This document shows positions 19,338-32,397 of a stretch of 64,000 nt of DNA, in pieces. The translations under genes were made by a program, and so were the position numbers. The stretch comes from Vulcanimicrobiota bacterium. Lineage in GTDB: Bacteria > Vulcanimicrobiota > Vulcanimicrobiia > Vulcanimicrobiales > Vulcanimicrobiaceae. The stretch covers positions 224,001-288,000 of the forward strand of contig CAWCIZ010000002.1 of assembly GCA_963795855.1 (NCBI GenBank). The letters run 5' to 3'. The notes beneath the pieces were generated by a model that ran no database searches, had not been told where the DNA came from, and saw nothing but the letters and a program-made list of their open reading frames with translations. Positions within the stretch are counted from its first letter, which is position 1, and each line of letters opens with the position of its first letter.

Positions 19338-19943
19338 CTAGGAAGAACGGACCTGCCTCGCTTGGAAGGGCTGCAATAACCGGCGCATGGTGAGCGCGTG
19401 AAAGTGCGGATGCAGCGGGCGCCGCCAGGTCGGGCGCCACGGCCGTGAAGGAAGTGCGGCAACGAGCTCCCGCTCGCGTTCGTGAGCTTCCGGGCGGCAG
19501 CTCGGCCAATCGAACTGCGCGAGTTCCGCATAGCATCCGCGAAACCGTTTGAACCACGATTTCGGAAACCACAGTAACGACGGCGAAGTCAAATCTTCCA
19601 AGCCGAACGCGCGCAGCACGTCGTACGCGTCGTCTTCGCAGTTGCGATGCAGCACGTGATAGGCTTCATGCTCGATCCACAGCGCGGTTCGATACGCCAA
19701 ACGCGGGTTGGCGTTTTCGATCTCGACCCATTTGATTGCGTCGTAACCGCGGCTGCGCATTTGCATGACCGGATCGCTGAAGCATCCGTTCCAGTAGCCC
19801 ATTTTACTCGCCGGCGTAAAAATGTGCCCGCTGTGATTTTCAACCGACCCGGCGTCAACCAAGCCCGCACTAACTTCGAACGCCCATCCTACGTGGCCGA
19901 AACCGTCACCGCTATGGAATCGAATGAATACGCCCGCTCGCAT
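19338..19943 (-). CDS. Hypothetical protein, possibly a permuted papain-like (NlpC/P60) enzyme
   Basis: GHVGW upstream of YHVLHRNC gives the His-before-Cys order of permuted papain-like folds. Confidence 0.55.
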   Translation of the reverse strand: MRAGVFIRFHSGDGFGHVGWAFEVSAGLVDAGSVENHSGHIFTPASKMGYWNGCFSDPVMQMRSRGYDAIKWVEIENANPRLAYRTALWIEHEAYHVLHRNCEDDAYDVLRAFGLEDLTSPSLLWFPKSWFKRFRGCYAELAQFDWPSCRPEAHERERELVAALPSRPWRPTWRRPLHPHFHALTMRRLLQPFQARQVRSS

Positions 19944-19981
19944 CGTGGTAATAGTTACCATCCGCGACCGGAGGGAAACGC

Positions 19982-22105
19982 GTGCGTCTGAGTCTCATCG
20001 CCGTCGCCTTTTCACTACTTTTCGCCGGCTGCGCGGGCGGCAACGGCGGTTCCCAAAGTACGTCGACGCAAACGACGACGACGACGCAAACGACGACCGC
20101 GCAACCGCCGCCCGCAACCGAGGCGTCCGGCGCATCGGCGCCGGACGATTGGGTGCTGCCGGGCAAGACGTACGCGTTCAACCGCTACGCCGCTTTCACC
20201 GGCATCACGCCGCAGAACGTCGGCGGTTTGCGCAAAGCGTGGGTAACTCAGCTTGCGGACGACGGAGAACAGGAGTCCTCGCCAATCGTTTCCGGCGGAA
20301 CGATGTACATCGCAACGCCGCACGACAACGTGCTGGCGCTCGACGCGCGCACGGGCGCAGTGAAGTGGGCGTTTCCGTACAAACCGGCCTACGTGCTCGC
20401 GTACGCCGTGAATCGCGGCGTCGGTCTGGACCGCGGGAAAGTATTCATCGGTACGCAGGACTGCCGCGTCATCGCGCTCGACGCGGCGAGCGGCAAGCAA
20501 CTATGGAACGTTCTGGGCTGCCACGGACAAACCGGCCCCGAATCGACCGAAAACAGCTGGTATTCCAGCGCGGCGTATCCGTACGCTGGAGCCGTGTACA
20601 TCGGCACGTCGGGCGGTGACTTCGGCGACGTCGGCATCGTAAGCGCGTTCGATGAAAATACCGGCAAGCGGCTCTGGGATTGGCACACGGTTCCGAACCC
20701 GGGCGATCCGAACTTCGGCACGTGGCCGGGACAGTCGTGGAAGCACGGCGGCGCGGCGGTTTGGGCGGGGATGGCGTTCGATCCCGCGGCAAAGATGCTT
20801 TACGTTGCGCCCGGTAACGCCGGGCCGAATCTTTCCCTGGTCGGACGCAAAGGCCGCGATCTGTACTCCGATTCGGTCGTCGCGCTAAACCTCGCATCCG
20901 GCGCACCGAAAGTCGCTTGGTACTACCAGCTGCTGCAAAACGACACGCACGATGCGGATCCGGCGATGCCGCCGGTGCTGTTCGACGCAACGGTCTCCGG
21001 AAAATCCCGCGCGCTGCTCGCCGTCGCCGACAAGGACGGCAATTTCGTCATTTTAGATCGCGCCGACGGAAGCGTGGTGTACCGCATGCCGGTCAGCAAA
21101 CAGCAGAACATCTTGGGTTTGCCGACTACTTCGGGCACGTTTGCGTGCCCGAATCACGGGGGCGGCGTCGAATGGAACGGCGGCAGTTACGATCCGCAAA
21201 CGAATTATTTCATCATTCCCAGCACGCAAGAGTGCGCGCAGTGGAAGGTGACGACGACGGGTGCAGTGCCGTACGTTCCGGGCCAGCCTTTCAGCGCGGG
21301 GCCGCTGCCGAAACGGCAAAAGGCGACGGGCCTCATCACGGCGATCGACATGCGAACCGGGAAGGTGGCATGGCAGCGCGCCGTTCCGTATCCGGCACAA
21401 GGCGGCGTGACGATCGCGTCGTCGGGGATTGCGTTCACCAGCGATGCGGGCGGCCGCATTTACGCGTTGGATCCCAAGACGGGACGCGAGTTGTGGCACG
21501 ACGACACCGGATCGTCCATCGTCGATTCGCTCAGCCTCTACCGGGTCGCGGGACGTCCGTACCTCGTCACCATTGCCGGACAAGGCGGCAATCAGCACAC
21601 GCCGAATCTGCCGCCCACGCACGGCAGTGAAGTCGTGGCGTATTCGCTCGACGTGACGCAGATGCAGACGAACGGCACCGCGAATCAGCCCTCGCCCGCG
21701 CCGACCGGTTCCGAACGCACGGAAAGCGGACAAACCGCGGGAAGCGGCGCTTCCGCACCGTACACTCCGGCTCAGGCCGCTGCGGGCGCGGCGATTTTCT
21801 CGAAGAATTGCTCGTCGTGTCACGGGGCACATCTGCAAGGCGTTTCGGCGCCTGCACTGACGGGAGCATCGTTCGCGCATGCAAATCTGACGATTTCGCA
21901 AATGCGTGCAATCGTAACCACGCAGATGCCGCTCGGCGCACCAGGTTCGCTTTCACCTCAGCAGTACGCCGCCGTCATGGCGTACCTGCTGCAATACGAC
22001 TGCATTTCGCCGAGCAACAACGGCAAGACGCCGTTCCCGACGCACGACGAACCGGCGCTTGCGAAAATCACAGTGACCGGCGCGACGTGCCCGTCCGCGC
22101 ATTGA
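19982..22105 (+). CDS. Lipoprotein PQQ-dependent dehydrogenase with C-terminal cytochrome c
   Basis: Lipobox FAGC; ALDARTG..W propeller repeats, VNRG, GGAAVW, YSDSVVAL, WYYQ..NDTHDAD; heme motif CSSCH. Confidence 0.88.
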   Translation: MRLSLIAVAFSLLFAGCAGGNGGSQSTSTQTTTTTQTTTAQPPPATEASGASAPDDWVLPGKTYAFNRYAAFTGITPQNVGGLRKAWVTQLADDGEQESSPIVSGGTMYIATPHDNVLALDARTGAVKWAFPYKPAYVLAYAVNRGVGLDRGKVFIGTQDCRVIALDAASGKQLWNVLGCHGQTGPESTENSWYSSAAYPYAGAVYIGTSGGDFGDVGIVSAFDENTGKRLWDWHTVPNPGDPNFGTWPGQSWKHGGAAVWAGMAFDPAAKMLYVAPGNAGPNLSLVGRKGRDLYSDSVVALNLASGAPKVAWYYQLLQNDTHDADPAMPPVLFDATVSGKSRALLAVADKDGNFVILDRADGSVVYRMPVSKQQNILGLPTTSGTFACPNHGGGVEWNGGSYDPQTNYFIIPSTQECAQWKVTTTGAVPYVPGQPFSAGPLPKRQKATGLITAIDMRTGKVAWQRAVPYPAQGGVTIASSGIAFTSDAGGRIYALDPKTGRELWHDDTGSSIVDSLSLYRVAGRPYLVTIAGQGGNQHTPNLPPTHGSEVVAYSLDVTQMQTNGTANQPSPAPTGSERTESGQTAGSGASAPYTPAQAAAGAAIFSKNCSSCHGAHLQGVSAPALTGASFAHANLTISQMRAIVTTQMPLGAPGSLSPQQYAAVMAYLLQYDCISPSNNGKTPFPTHDEPALAKITVTGATCPSAH

Positions 22106-23033
22106 GCAGCCGGCGCCAAGCGTCTGCTTCACGCGCCGGATCGACGAGCGCGCGCCGGCGTTCGCATGCGCTGCGCAGCCGTTCGTAAAACGGGCGCGAT
22201 TCGGCTGCTCGAACGATAAGGCGCGCAAGCCCTTGCGTGTCGCCGGCATCGTATAGCCCCGGATAGCGCCGGCCAAGTATGCCGAGGTTCCCGCCGATGC
22301 GCGAAGCAAGAACGGGCGTGCCGCATGCGAGCGCTTCACAGACGGTGTTGGCGCCGCCTTCGATACGCGATGATTGCACGAGCAGATCGCATCGCGCCAA
22401 AAGCGCTAGCGCTTTTCGATGCGTTAGTTCACCCAAGTACCGATACCGCGCGTTGCTCTGCATTTCGCGTTCCGCGAGCCGTTCGAAGCGCGGCGCGAGC
22501 GCCCGTCCGGCGTGCAACACGTCGATTTGCAATTTCGCGTCGACGGTTCTGACCGCGTATGCGGCGCGCATCGGATCCTTTTCCGCGCGCAAATGACCGA
22601 TGACGCAAACGCGCAGCGCGCGCGCGTTATTGCGGCCGGTATGCCGCCGCCGCGGCGACGACTGCACGATCGCATGCGCCTTCATCCGCAGGCGCGGCGG
22701 CAATTCGCGCAGCGCATCCGGCTGCAGGACGACCAGCGTCGAGGCAGCCTCCAGCGCGCGCTTGGCCACTACGCTTCGCTTCAGGTCGCGGTACACGTCG
22801 GTGCCCGTCAGCACAAGGATGATGCGGCGCAGCGGATAAGCGGCACGGTATGCCAGGACGCTTTTCGCGCTCTTGCGCGCATGCAACGCCACGAGGCACG
22901 CGGCGTCTTCGTTTGCGAATGCAGGCGAGATCCGCACGCGCAGGCCCAGCATGCGAAAAAGACGCGCGTAGCGCTGCGCCGTTATGGTGTTCCCAGCACT
23001 TGCAACGGGCGAGGAAGGCGACACGATGAGTAC
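22068..23033 (-). CDS. senB: SenB-type selenosugar synthase (TIGR04348-like glycosyltransferase); start uncertain
   Basis: VLIVSP...GNTITAQRYA, ALHARKSA, VLTGTDVYRDL, VVLQ, IVQS, GHLRAEKDP, SRIEGGAN, ASRIGGNLGILG..YPG; adjacent to a senA-like gene. Confidence 0.85.
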   Translation of the reverse strand, partial: VLIVSPSSPVASAGNTITAQRYARLFRMLGLRVRISPAFANEDAACLVALHARKSAKSVLAYRAAYPLRRIILVLTGTDVYRDLKRSVVAKRALEAASTLVVLQPDALRELPPRLRMKAHAIVQSSPRRRHTGRNNARALRVCVIGHLRAEKDPMRAAYAVRTVDAKLQIDVLHAGRALAPRFERLAEREMQSNARYRYLGELTHRKALALLARCDLLVQSSRIEGGANTVCEALACGTPVLASRIGGNLGILGRRYPGLYDAGDTQGLARLIVRAAESRPFYERLRSACERRRALVDPAREADAWRRLLNARTGTSRRSL

Positions 23034-24240
23034 GGTTCTTTTGGAACTCGGTTTGGACGAACTGCGCGACGCGCGAGGACGAACGCTCGCCTTGGTGGCG
23101 GATCTCTCCGACGAACAATTGATCGTGCCGATGCTCGAAACCATCAACCCGATCTTATGGGAAATCGGCCACGTTGCCTACTTTGCCGAATTTTGGACGC
23201 TTCGTCACCTCTTCGGCGACTCGCCCATCTTGCCGAATGCGGACGCACTGTACGATTCGGCGAGGATTCCGCACGACGACCGTTGGACGCTGCCGCTGCC
23301 GAATCGCGCAGCGACGCTGGAATTCATGCGCACGCAAATCGAGCGTTTGCGCGAACGGGCGCAGGACGCTTCCGGCTTGCCCGGGTTGGCCTACTTTTGC
23401 GGACTAGCGCTCTACCATGAAGACATGCATGCCGAGGCGCTCGTGTATACGCGTCAAACGCTGGGCTATGCCATGCCGTTCCCGAAGTCGCACGAAATCG
23501 GCGCGATTGCTTGCGCGGCGCACGGCGATGCGCACGTTCCCGGTGGGACGTACCATATCGGCAGCGGCCGCGGTGACGGATTCGTCTTCGACAATGAAAA
23601 ATGGGCGCACGAGGTACGGCTCGACCCGTTCGACATTTCGCGCGCGCCGGTGACGAACGCAGAATTCGCGGAATTCGTGAGGGAGGGCGGATATCGCCGC
23701 GACGAGTTTTGGTCGGGCGAAGGCCTGCAGTGGCGTGTAGTCTCAGGAGCGGAACATCCGGTTCATTGGCAGGACGGCGCGCGCCGTCATTTCGACCGGC
23801 TCGTTCCGCTGCGCGACCGGGAGCCGGTCGTGCACGTCAACTACTTCGAAGCCGAAGCGTATTGCGCGTGGGCCGGCCGGCGACTCCCCTCCGAGGCGGA
23901 GTGGGAAGTTGCAGCTGCGGGATCGCGCACCGCGGGCAATCTCGACGGACGGTGCGGCGACGTGTGCGACGTGGACCTATTCGCGGACGCAGAGAGCACG
24001 TACGGCTGCCGGCAAATGATCGGCAACGTCTGGGAGTGGACTTCGAGCCCGTTCGGGCCATATCCAGGGTTCGCGGCCGATCCATACAAAGAGTATTCGG
24101 AGCCATGGTTCGGCACGCATTACGTCCTGCGGGGCGGTGCATGGCCGACGCGCTCGCGACTGATAACGACTCGCCGCCGCAATTTCTACCGGCCGCATCG
24201 CCGGGACGTCATCGCCGGTTTCCGCACCGTGAAGAAATAG
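23026..24240 (+). CDS. senA: SenA-type selenoneine synthase (EgtB homolog; DinB-like plus FGE-sulfatase domains)
   Basis: GAGGAAGG RBS; DARGRTLAL, INPILWEIGHVAYF, HEDMHAEAL, FDNEKWAH, RRLPSEAEWE, GNVWEW, PYKEYSEPWFG, RNFYRPHRRDVIAGFR. Confidence 0.85.
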   Translation: MSTVLLELGLDELRDARGRTLALVADLSDEQLIVPMLETINPILWEIGHVAYFAEFWTLRHLFGDSPILPNADALYDSARIPHDDRWTLPLPNRAATLEFMRTQIERLRERAQDASGLPGLAYFCGLALYHEDMHAEALVYTRQTLGYAMPFPKSHEIGAIACAAHGDAHVPGGTYHIGSGRGDGFVFDNEKWAHEVRLDPFDISRAPVTNAEFAEFVREGGYRRDEFWSGEGLQWRVVSGAEHPVHWQDGARRHFDRLVPLRDREPVVHVNYFEAEAYCAWAGRRLPSEAEWEVAAAGSRTAGNLDGRCGDVCDVDLFADAESTYGCRQMIGNVWEWTSSPFGPYPGFAADPYKEYSEPWFGTHYVLRGGAWPTRSRLITTRRRNFYRPHRRDVIAGFRTVKK

Positions 24241-24248
24241 GAGCACAC

Positions 24249-25328
24249 GTGTCCGCCTCGCCGCTTACGCTCGAACGCGATCGCAACGCGAAAACCGTCT
24301 TCTGGGGCATCTTCATCACCGCCGTGATCTTTGCGGCGGGACTTTTCATCGTGAAGTGGTCGCCGTACTGGCATAAAGCGCACGTGGCTGCGTCCACGCA
24401 CGCCATCGGCTACTCCATCGTCAGCGGTAAAAGCATTCAGCCCGAAGCCGTCGGCCTGCACGCGGCGTGGTCGTACACGCTCGCGTACTTCAAAGCGGTG
24501 TGGGAAGCGGTCGCGCTCGCGCTGCTCCTCGGCGCGTCCGTGCAAGCATTCGTGCCGCGTGCTTGGCTGCTGCGCGCCATCGGAAAAGCGTCGCCGCAAT
24601 CCGCGGCAGTCGCTGCAGCAGGTTCCATGACGACGATGATGTGCACGTGCTGCACCGGTCCAATCGTGGTCGGTCTGCGCCGCCAGGCCGTTGCCGCGGG
24701 AAGCGCGCTCGCGTTTTTCCTCGGGAATCCCGTCCTCAATCCCGCGACGCTGATCTTCATCGGTTTCGTGCTGGGCTGGCAATTCGTAACGTTGCGCATC
24801 GTCCTCGGACTGATTCTGGTCTTTTCCGTTGCGATGATTGCGAACGCGATGGCGGGCGAAAGTCCGCGAACGCCGCAAGTCGAGCTTTCGGCGGTCGAAT
24901 CGCAGCCGCACACGTTCGGGGCGATGTTCAAGGCGTGGCTGCGGGAACTCTGGATCGAGGCATACACGATTCTGCCCGGGTACATCATCATCGTCTTCAT
25001 CGTCGGCGGCGTTCGCGCGTGGCTTTTCCCGCCCGGACTCGCGCTGCACGCGTCGGGAATCGCTTCCGTCGTCGGGCTCTCGCTGCTCGGCACGATTTTC
25101 GTGATTCCGACCGCCGGCGAAGTACCGATCATTCAAACACTCATGCATGCGGGCATGGGCACCGGGCCTGCCGCCGCATTGCTGATGACGCTTCCGGCCG
25201 TCAGCGCGCCGTCGCTCTACATCGTGCGCAACGTTTTTTCTGCGCGCGCGCTCGGTATGACCGCGGCGGCGGTGTTCGTCTGCGGCATCGTCGCAGGCGT
25301 TATTGCGATGCTGTCCATGCACGCGTAA
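24249..25328 (+). CDS. Permease, DUF318/ArsP_1 (YraQ-like)
   Basis: AGGAG RBS and GTG; VKWSPYW, MMCTCC, GNPVLNPATL, VIPTAGEVPI; many TM helices. Confidence 0.85.
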   Translation: MSASPLTLERDRNAKTVFWGIFITAVIFAAGLFIVKWSPYWHKAHVAASTHAIGYSIVSGKSIQPEAVGLHAAWSYTLAYFKAVWEAVALALLLGASVQAFVPRAWLLRAIGKASPQSAAVAAAGSMTTMMCTCCTGPIVVGLRRQAVAAGSALAFFLGNPVLNPATLIFIGFVLGWQFVTLRIVLGLILVFSVAMIANAMAGESPRTPQVELSAVESQPHTFGAMFKAWLRELWIEAYTILPGYIIIVFIVGGVRAWLFPPGLALHASGIASVVGLSLLGTIFVIPTAGEVPIIQTLMHAGMGTGPAAALLMTLPAVSAPSLYIVRNVFSARALGMTAAAVFVCGIVAGVIAMLSMHA

Positions 25329-25335
25329 AGCACGT

Positions 25336-26194
25336 ATGCCGATCGATCCGTACGCGATCTTCGAGCGGGCGCGCGAAGCGTGGGCGATGCAGCGCTATCC
25401 GGCCGTGGTGGCGTACACGGTCGACGTCTCGGCGACGCCTGCGGACGGCGCGCCGGCGGAGCGTCATTACCACGAGTACTGGTCGGCATCCACCGGCCGG
25501 GTGTTCATTAAGCCGCCGATCAGCGACGAGCAACTCGAGCATCCGTATAAGCCGTCGCCCGGCGTGAATTTCATGGGCTGGAATATCGGCGGACCGAAGG
25601 CCGGAGGCGGCGCGACGGACTTCATCGGACCGCCGCTTCTCGCACCGAATTACAGTTTCGGCGTCAGCCCGTACGTGCCGCCCTCGCAACTCACCCCGGC
25701 GCAAATCGTCGAGCAGATTCGCCGCGACTACCACGATCCCGCGCCCGCAAAAATCAATGCGCTCGAGCAGAAATACGGCCTGAAGACGATCGCGCTGGTA
25801 ACCAGCTCCCGCGCGCGCCTATCGTATATCGCTGGTGGGCATCGAGGGCGGCGACTACGGCCGCACCTATCATCTCTCCCTCCAACCCGTGGAGGATCCG
25901 CTCAAATACCGCCTGCGCGACCTGTGGGTAAACGCGTCCACGTATGTAACGGAACGCGCGCGCATCGGCGCCAATTTTACCGATGCCGCGACCGAAAAGG
26001 TGCCGTGGACGGTGCGCTTTCAGCAAATCGACGGCGCGACGTACATTGCGAAGGAATTTGCGGAACAGCCCATCGTCGGCTATCACGGACTGATGTATTC
26101 GCGATACAGCGTTTCGTTCGGCGTACCGTCTGCGGGCGCGCTGCCGGCATATGCGCAGATTACGTCGCTGAGCGAGCCGCTGGAGGAACCGTAG
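25336..26194 (+). CDS. Hypothetical protein (indel near 25820)
   Basis: Two consecutive coding-like frames (MPIDPYAIF...TSSR and LVGIEGGDYGRTYHL...LEEP). Confidence 0.65.
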
Positions 26195-26209
26195 CGTTCG
26201 GCGCAGATG

Positions 26210-26241
26210 GAAAAGGGCGGCGCTGTTGCGCCGCCCTTTTC
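26210..26241. terminator. Bidirectional intrinsic terminator downstream of rpoC
   Basis: Perfect 14-bp stem GAAAAGGGCGGCGC-tgtt-GCGCCGCCCTTTTC. Confidence 0.9.
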
Positions 26242-26251
26242 GTTTCACCGG

Positions 26252-30043
<3,792 letters not shown>

Positions 30044-30181
30044 GTGTACCTGTCAAAAGCCGAGGTGCGCTCGGAACCGCAGCCTACGCAGGACGCACAC
30101 GCTCACGTTGTCGTAAGGGGGTCCACCGCCGCTGCTGGTCCGCCGTCTCGCCGCGGACGGCGAGGCGGGGCACAGACCGCT

Positions 30182-30210
30182 ATTGTACCTCTATGCGCGC
30201 GGCGAAACAA
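30182..30210 (-). promoter_or_regulatory. Sigma70-type promoter of rpoC
   Basis: TTGTTT-N17-TACAAT, about 140 nt upstream of the GTG start. Confidence 0.65.
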
Positions 30211-30252
30211 CCCTTGCGTGCAGGCCGTACATGCCGCTGGAGGGGTCAGACG

Positions 30253-30972
30253 ATGAAGAGACTGCTTGCCGCACTTGGAACGGCTGCCTTGCTGGCGGTC
30301 GCAGCCTTGCCCGCGTATGCCGCCGACGCCTATCAGCGCACGTTCGATTCCACGGTTCAGCCTGGCGGCGCGACCGCGCTAGAGATCGCCGGCCAGAACG
30401 GCAACGTTCGGGCTTACGGCGACGGCGGGACGACGATACGCGTGCACGCGGAGCTGAAGGCGAAGACCGCGGACGCGGCGCGCACGATGGACGTCCGAGT
30501 CAGCCGCGACGGCAATGCCGTGCGCATCGAGAGCCGGTGCGGCGCGCGGCGCAGCGTGCTTTTGTTTTGGTCCTTCTCCGCTTGCGACGTCGAGTACACG
30601 ATCCGCTACCCGCGCGCGCTGGCGCTCGCCCTTCATAGCGAGAACGGGAACGTCGACATCGACGGCCCCGGCGCGCCGGTCTCCGTCGCGATATCGAACG
30701 GCAACGTCAACGTAGCGAATGCGGGCGCCGACGTCAGTTCGACCGGTAAAAACGGCAACGTCGACGTCTCGCTCGCGAACGGCTGGCGAGGCAACGCAAT
30801 CTCGCTGACGACGCACGCCGGCAACGTGAATTTGCGTATCCCGGCCACGTTTGCGGGACGCCTGAACGCGCACACGCGCTTTGGGAACATCGACGGCGCA
30901 AACTACCTGCACGGCGGCCGCGTCGTCGTCACCGCATCCACGACCTTCGGGAACGTCGTCATATCACGCTAA
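30253..30972 (+). CDS. Secreted DUF4097 beta-strand repeat protein
   Basis: GGAGG RBS, signal peptide ending AYA-A, repeated NGNV/GNV motifs. Confidence 0.8.
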   Translation: MKRLLAALGTAALLAVAALPAYAADAYQRTFDSTVQPGGATALEIAGQNGNVRAYGDGGTTIRVHAELKAKTADAARTMDVRVSRDGNAVRIESRCGARRSVLLFWSFSACDVEYTIRYPRALALALHSENGNVDIDGPGAPVSVAISNGNVNVANAGADVSSTGKNGNVDVSLANGWRGNAISLTTHAGNVNLRIPATFAGRLNAHTRFGNIDGANYLHGGRVVVTASTTFGNVVISR

Positions 30973-31052
30973 TCGTTTTACATAAGGTAACATCGCCGTA
31001 ACATCGGCACGCTTCGACGACTTGGACCGCCGAATGGGGCGCCTAGATGGCG

Positions 31053-32288
31053 TCAGCGGAGAACGAGCAGCGCCAGAGCGAGAGACGGGATTGTGACGGC
31101 GGCACCGATGGCGAGAAAGCGCCAAGCGTTGACTTCGATGCCCTCCCGCCGAAGCATCATGACCCACAGCAGCGTCGCGAGCGACGCGCTTATCGAAAGA
31201 TTCGGTCCAAGATCGATCCCGACGAGTACCGCGTGTGCGACGTGCGGCGCGATGCCGTGCGCGCGCAGTGCATACCGCGCGATGACGCCTGCCGGCAAAT
31301 TGTTGATGACGGCGTCCACGAGCATCACGGCACCGCCTGCGTAGAGCCGTCCGAAAACTGAAGGCATCGCCGACGCGTGCCGCAGCAGCCCGCGCGCAAT
31401 TTCGAGAGCGCCGGTTGCGTCTAGCGCGCGCACGATGACGAACAGCCCCGCGACCAGCGGGATGATACTCCACGGCGCTTCGCGCAAAACGGCAGGCGCC
31501 GTGGCGAAATCCCGCATGCCGACGATGGCAACGGCAATCGCGCCCAGTGCCAGCGCGACGTAGCCGACCGGCCATCCGAGCGTGGCCGCAATGACGATCA
31601 GCGCAAGGGCGCACGCGACAACGGTCGAGGCGAATACGCCGGTGCGCGAAAGCGGTCCCGGCTGCGCGGAAGACTGGTATCCGCTCCGCAGTTCCGCGCG
31701 GTGGACTGTTCGGAGAACCACGTACGTGCAGGCGACCGCTGCGGCGGACGGCGCGCCGAAGAGCGCGAGCCACGGCACCAGTTTCGGCAGCGGCGAAAAT
31801 ACGACCAGATTCGCGGGATTACTGATCGGCAGAATGAAACTCGCCGCGTTCGCGACGAATGCCACCGCGTATGCGAACGGACGCGCGGAAACTCGCGCAA
31901 TGCGCGCAAGCGCGAGCGCGGCGGGCGTAAGCAAAAGAATCGTGCCGTCGTTCGAAAGAAATGCCGTCACGATGATCGCGCCGGCAAAACATCCGAGAAA
32001 CAGCTGCGACGCGCTTCCGCCCATGCGCTGCGCGAGCGATGCGGCAAACCACTCGAAAATGCCGTGCAGTCGCACGATTTCGGCGAGTGCGAGCATGCCG
32101 GCGAGAAACGCGTACACCGCGAAGCCGTCGCGAGTCGCGATCGCCGCCTGCGTTCCGGAAAGCAAACCGGCGGCTACCAGAATGGCAGCGCCTGCGGCAG
32201 CCCAGATCCATTCGCCGATTCGCAGCGGTCGCGTGACAATCAAAACGATTGTCGCAGCGGCGATGCCCCAGGTTGCCGCAGCATGCAT
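31053..32288 (-). CDS. ArsB/NhaD-family transporter
   Basis: FLSNDGTILLLTP, ANAASFILPISNPANL, INNLPA, GIDLGPNLSISASLATLLW. Confidence 0.88.
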   Translation of the reverse strand: MHAAATWGIAAATIVLIVTRPLRIGEWIWAAAGAAILVAAGLLSGTQAAIATRDGFAVYAFLAGMLALAEIVRLHGIFEWFAASLAQRMGGSASQLFLGCFAGAIIVTAFLSNDGTILLLTPAALALARIARVSARPFAYAVAFVANAASFILPISNPANLVVFSPLPKLVPWLALFGAPSAAAVACTYVVLRTVHRAELRSGYQSSAQPGPLSRTGVFASTVVACALALIVIAATLGWPVGYVALALGAIAVAIVGMRDFATAPAVLREAPWSIIPLVAGLFVIVRALDATGALEIARGLLRHASAMPSVFGRLYAGGAVMLVDAVINNLPAGVIARYALRAHGIAPHVAHAVLVGIDLGPNLSISASLATLLWVMMLRREGIEVNAWRFLAIGAAVTIPSLALALLVLR

Positions 32289-32397
32289 TTGTCGCCAGAT
32301 GCTGCGCTCAACCGTGCGCCCCCTCTTCATACTTGTGAGGTCGATTGGGTATGCGGAGCTGAGGCCTTTTTATTTGCTTTCGAGGAGAAATAGACGC

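Noticed and set aside
22068..25328. Selenocysteine (UGA) recoding near the sen genes
   Set aside because: No in-frame internal TGA in senA, senB or the permease.
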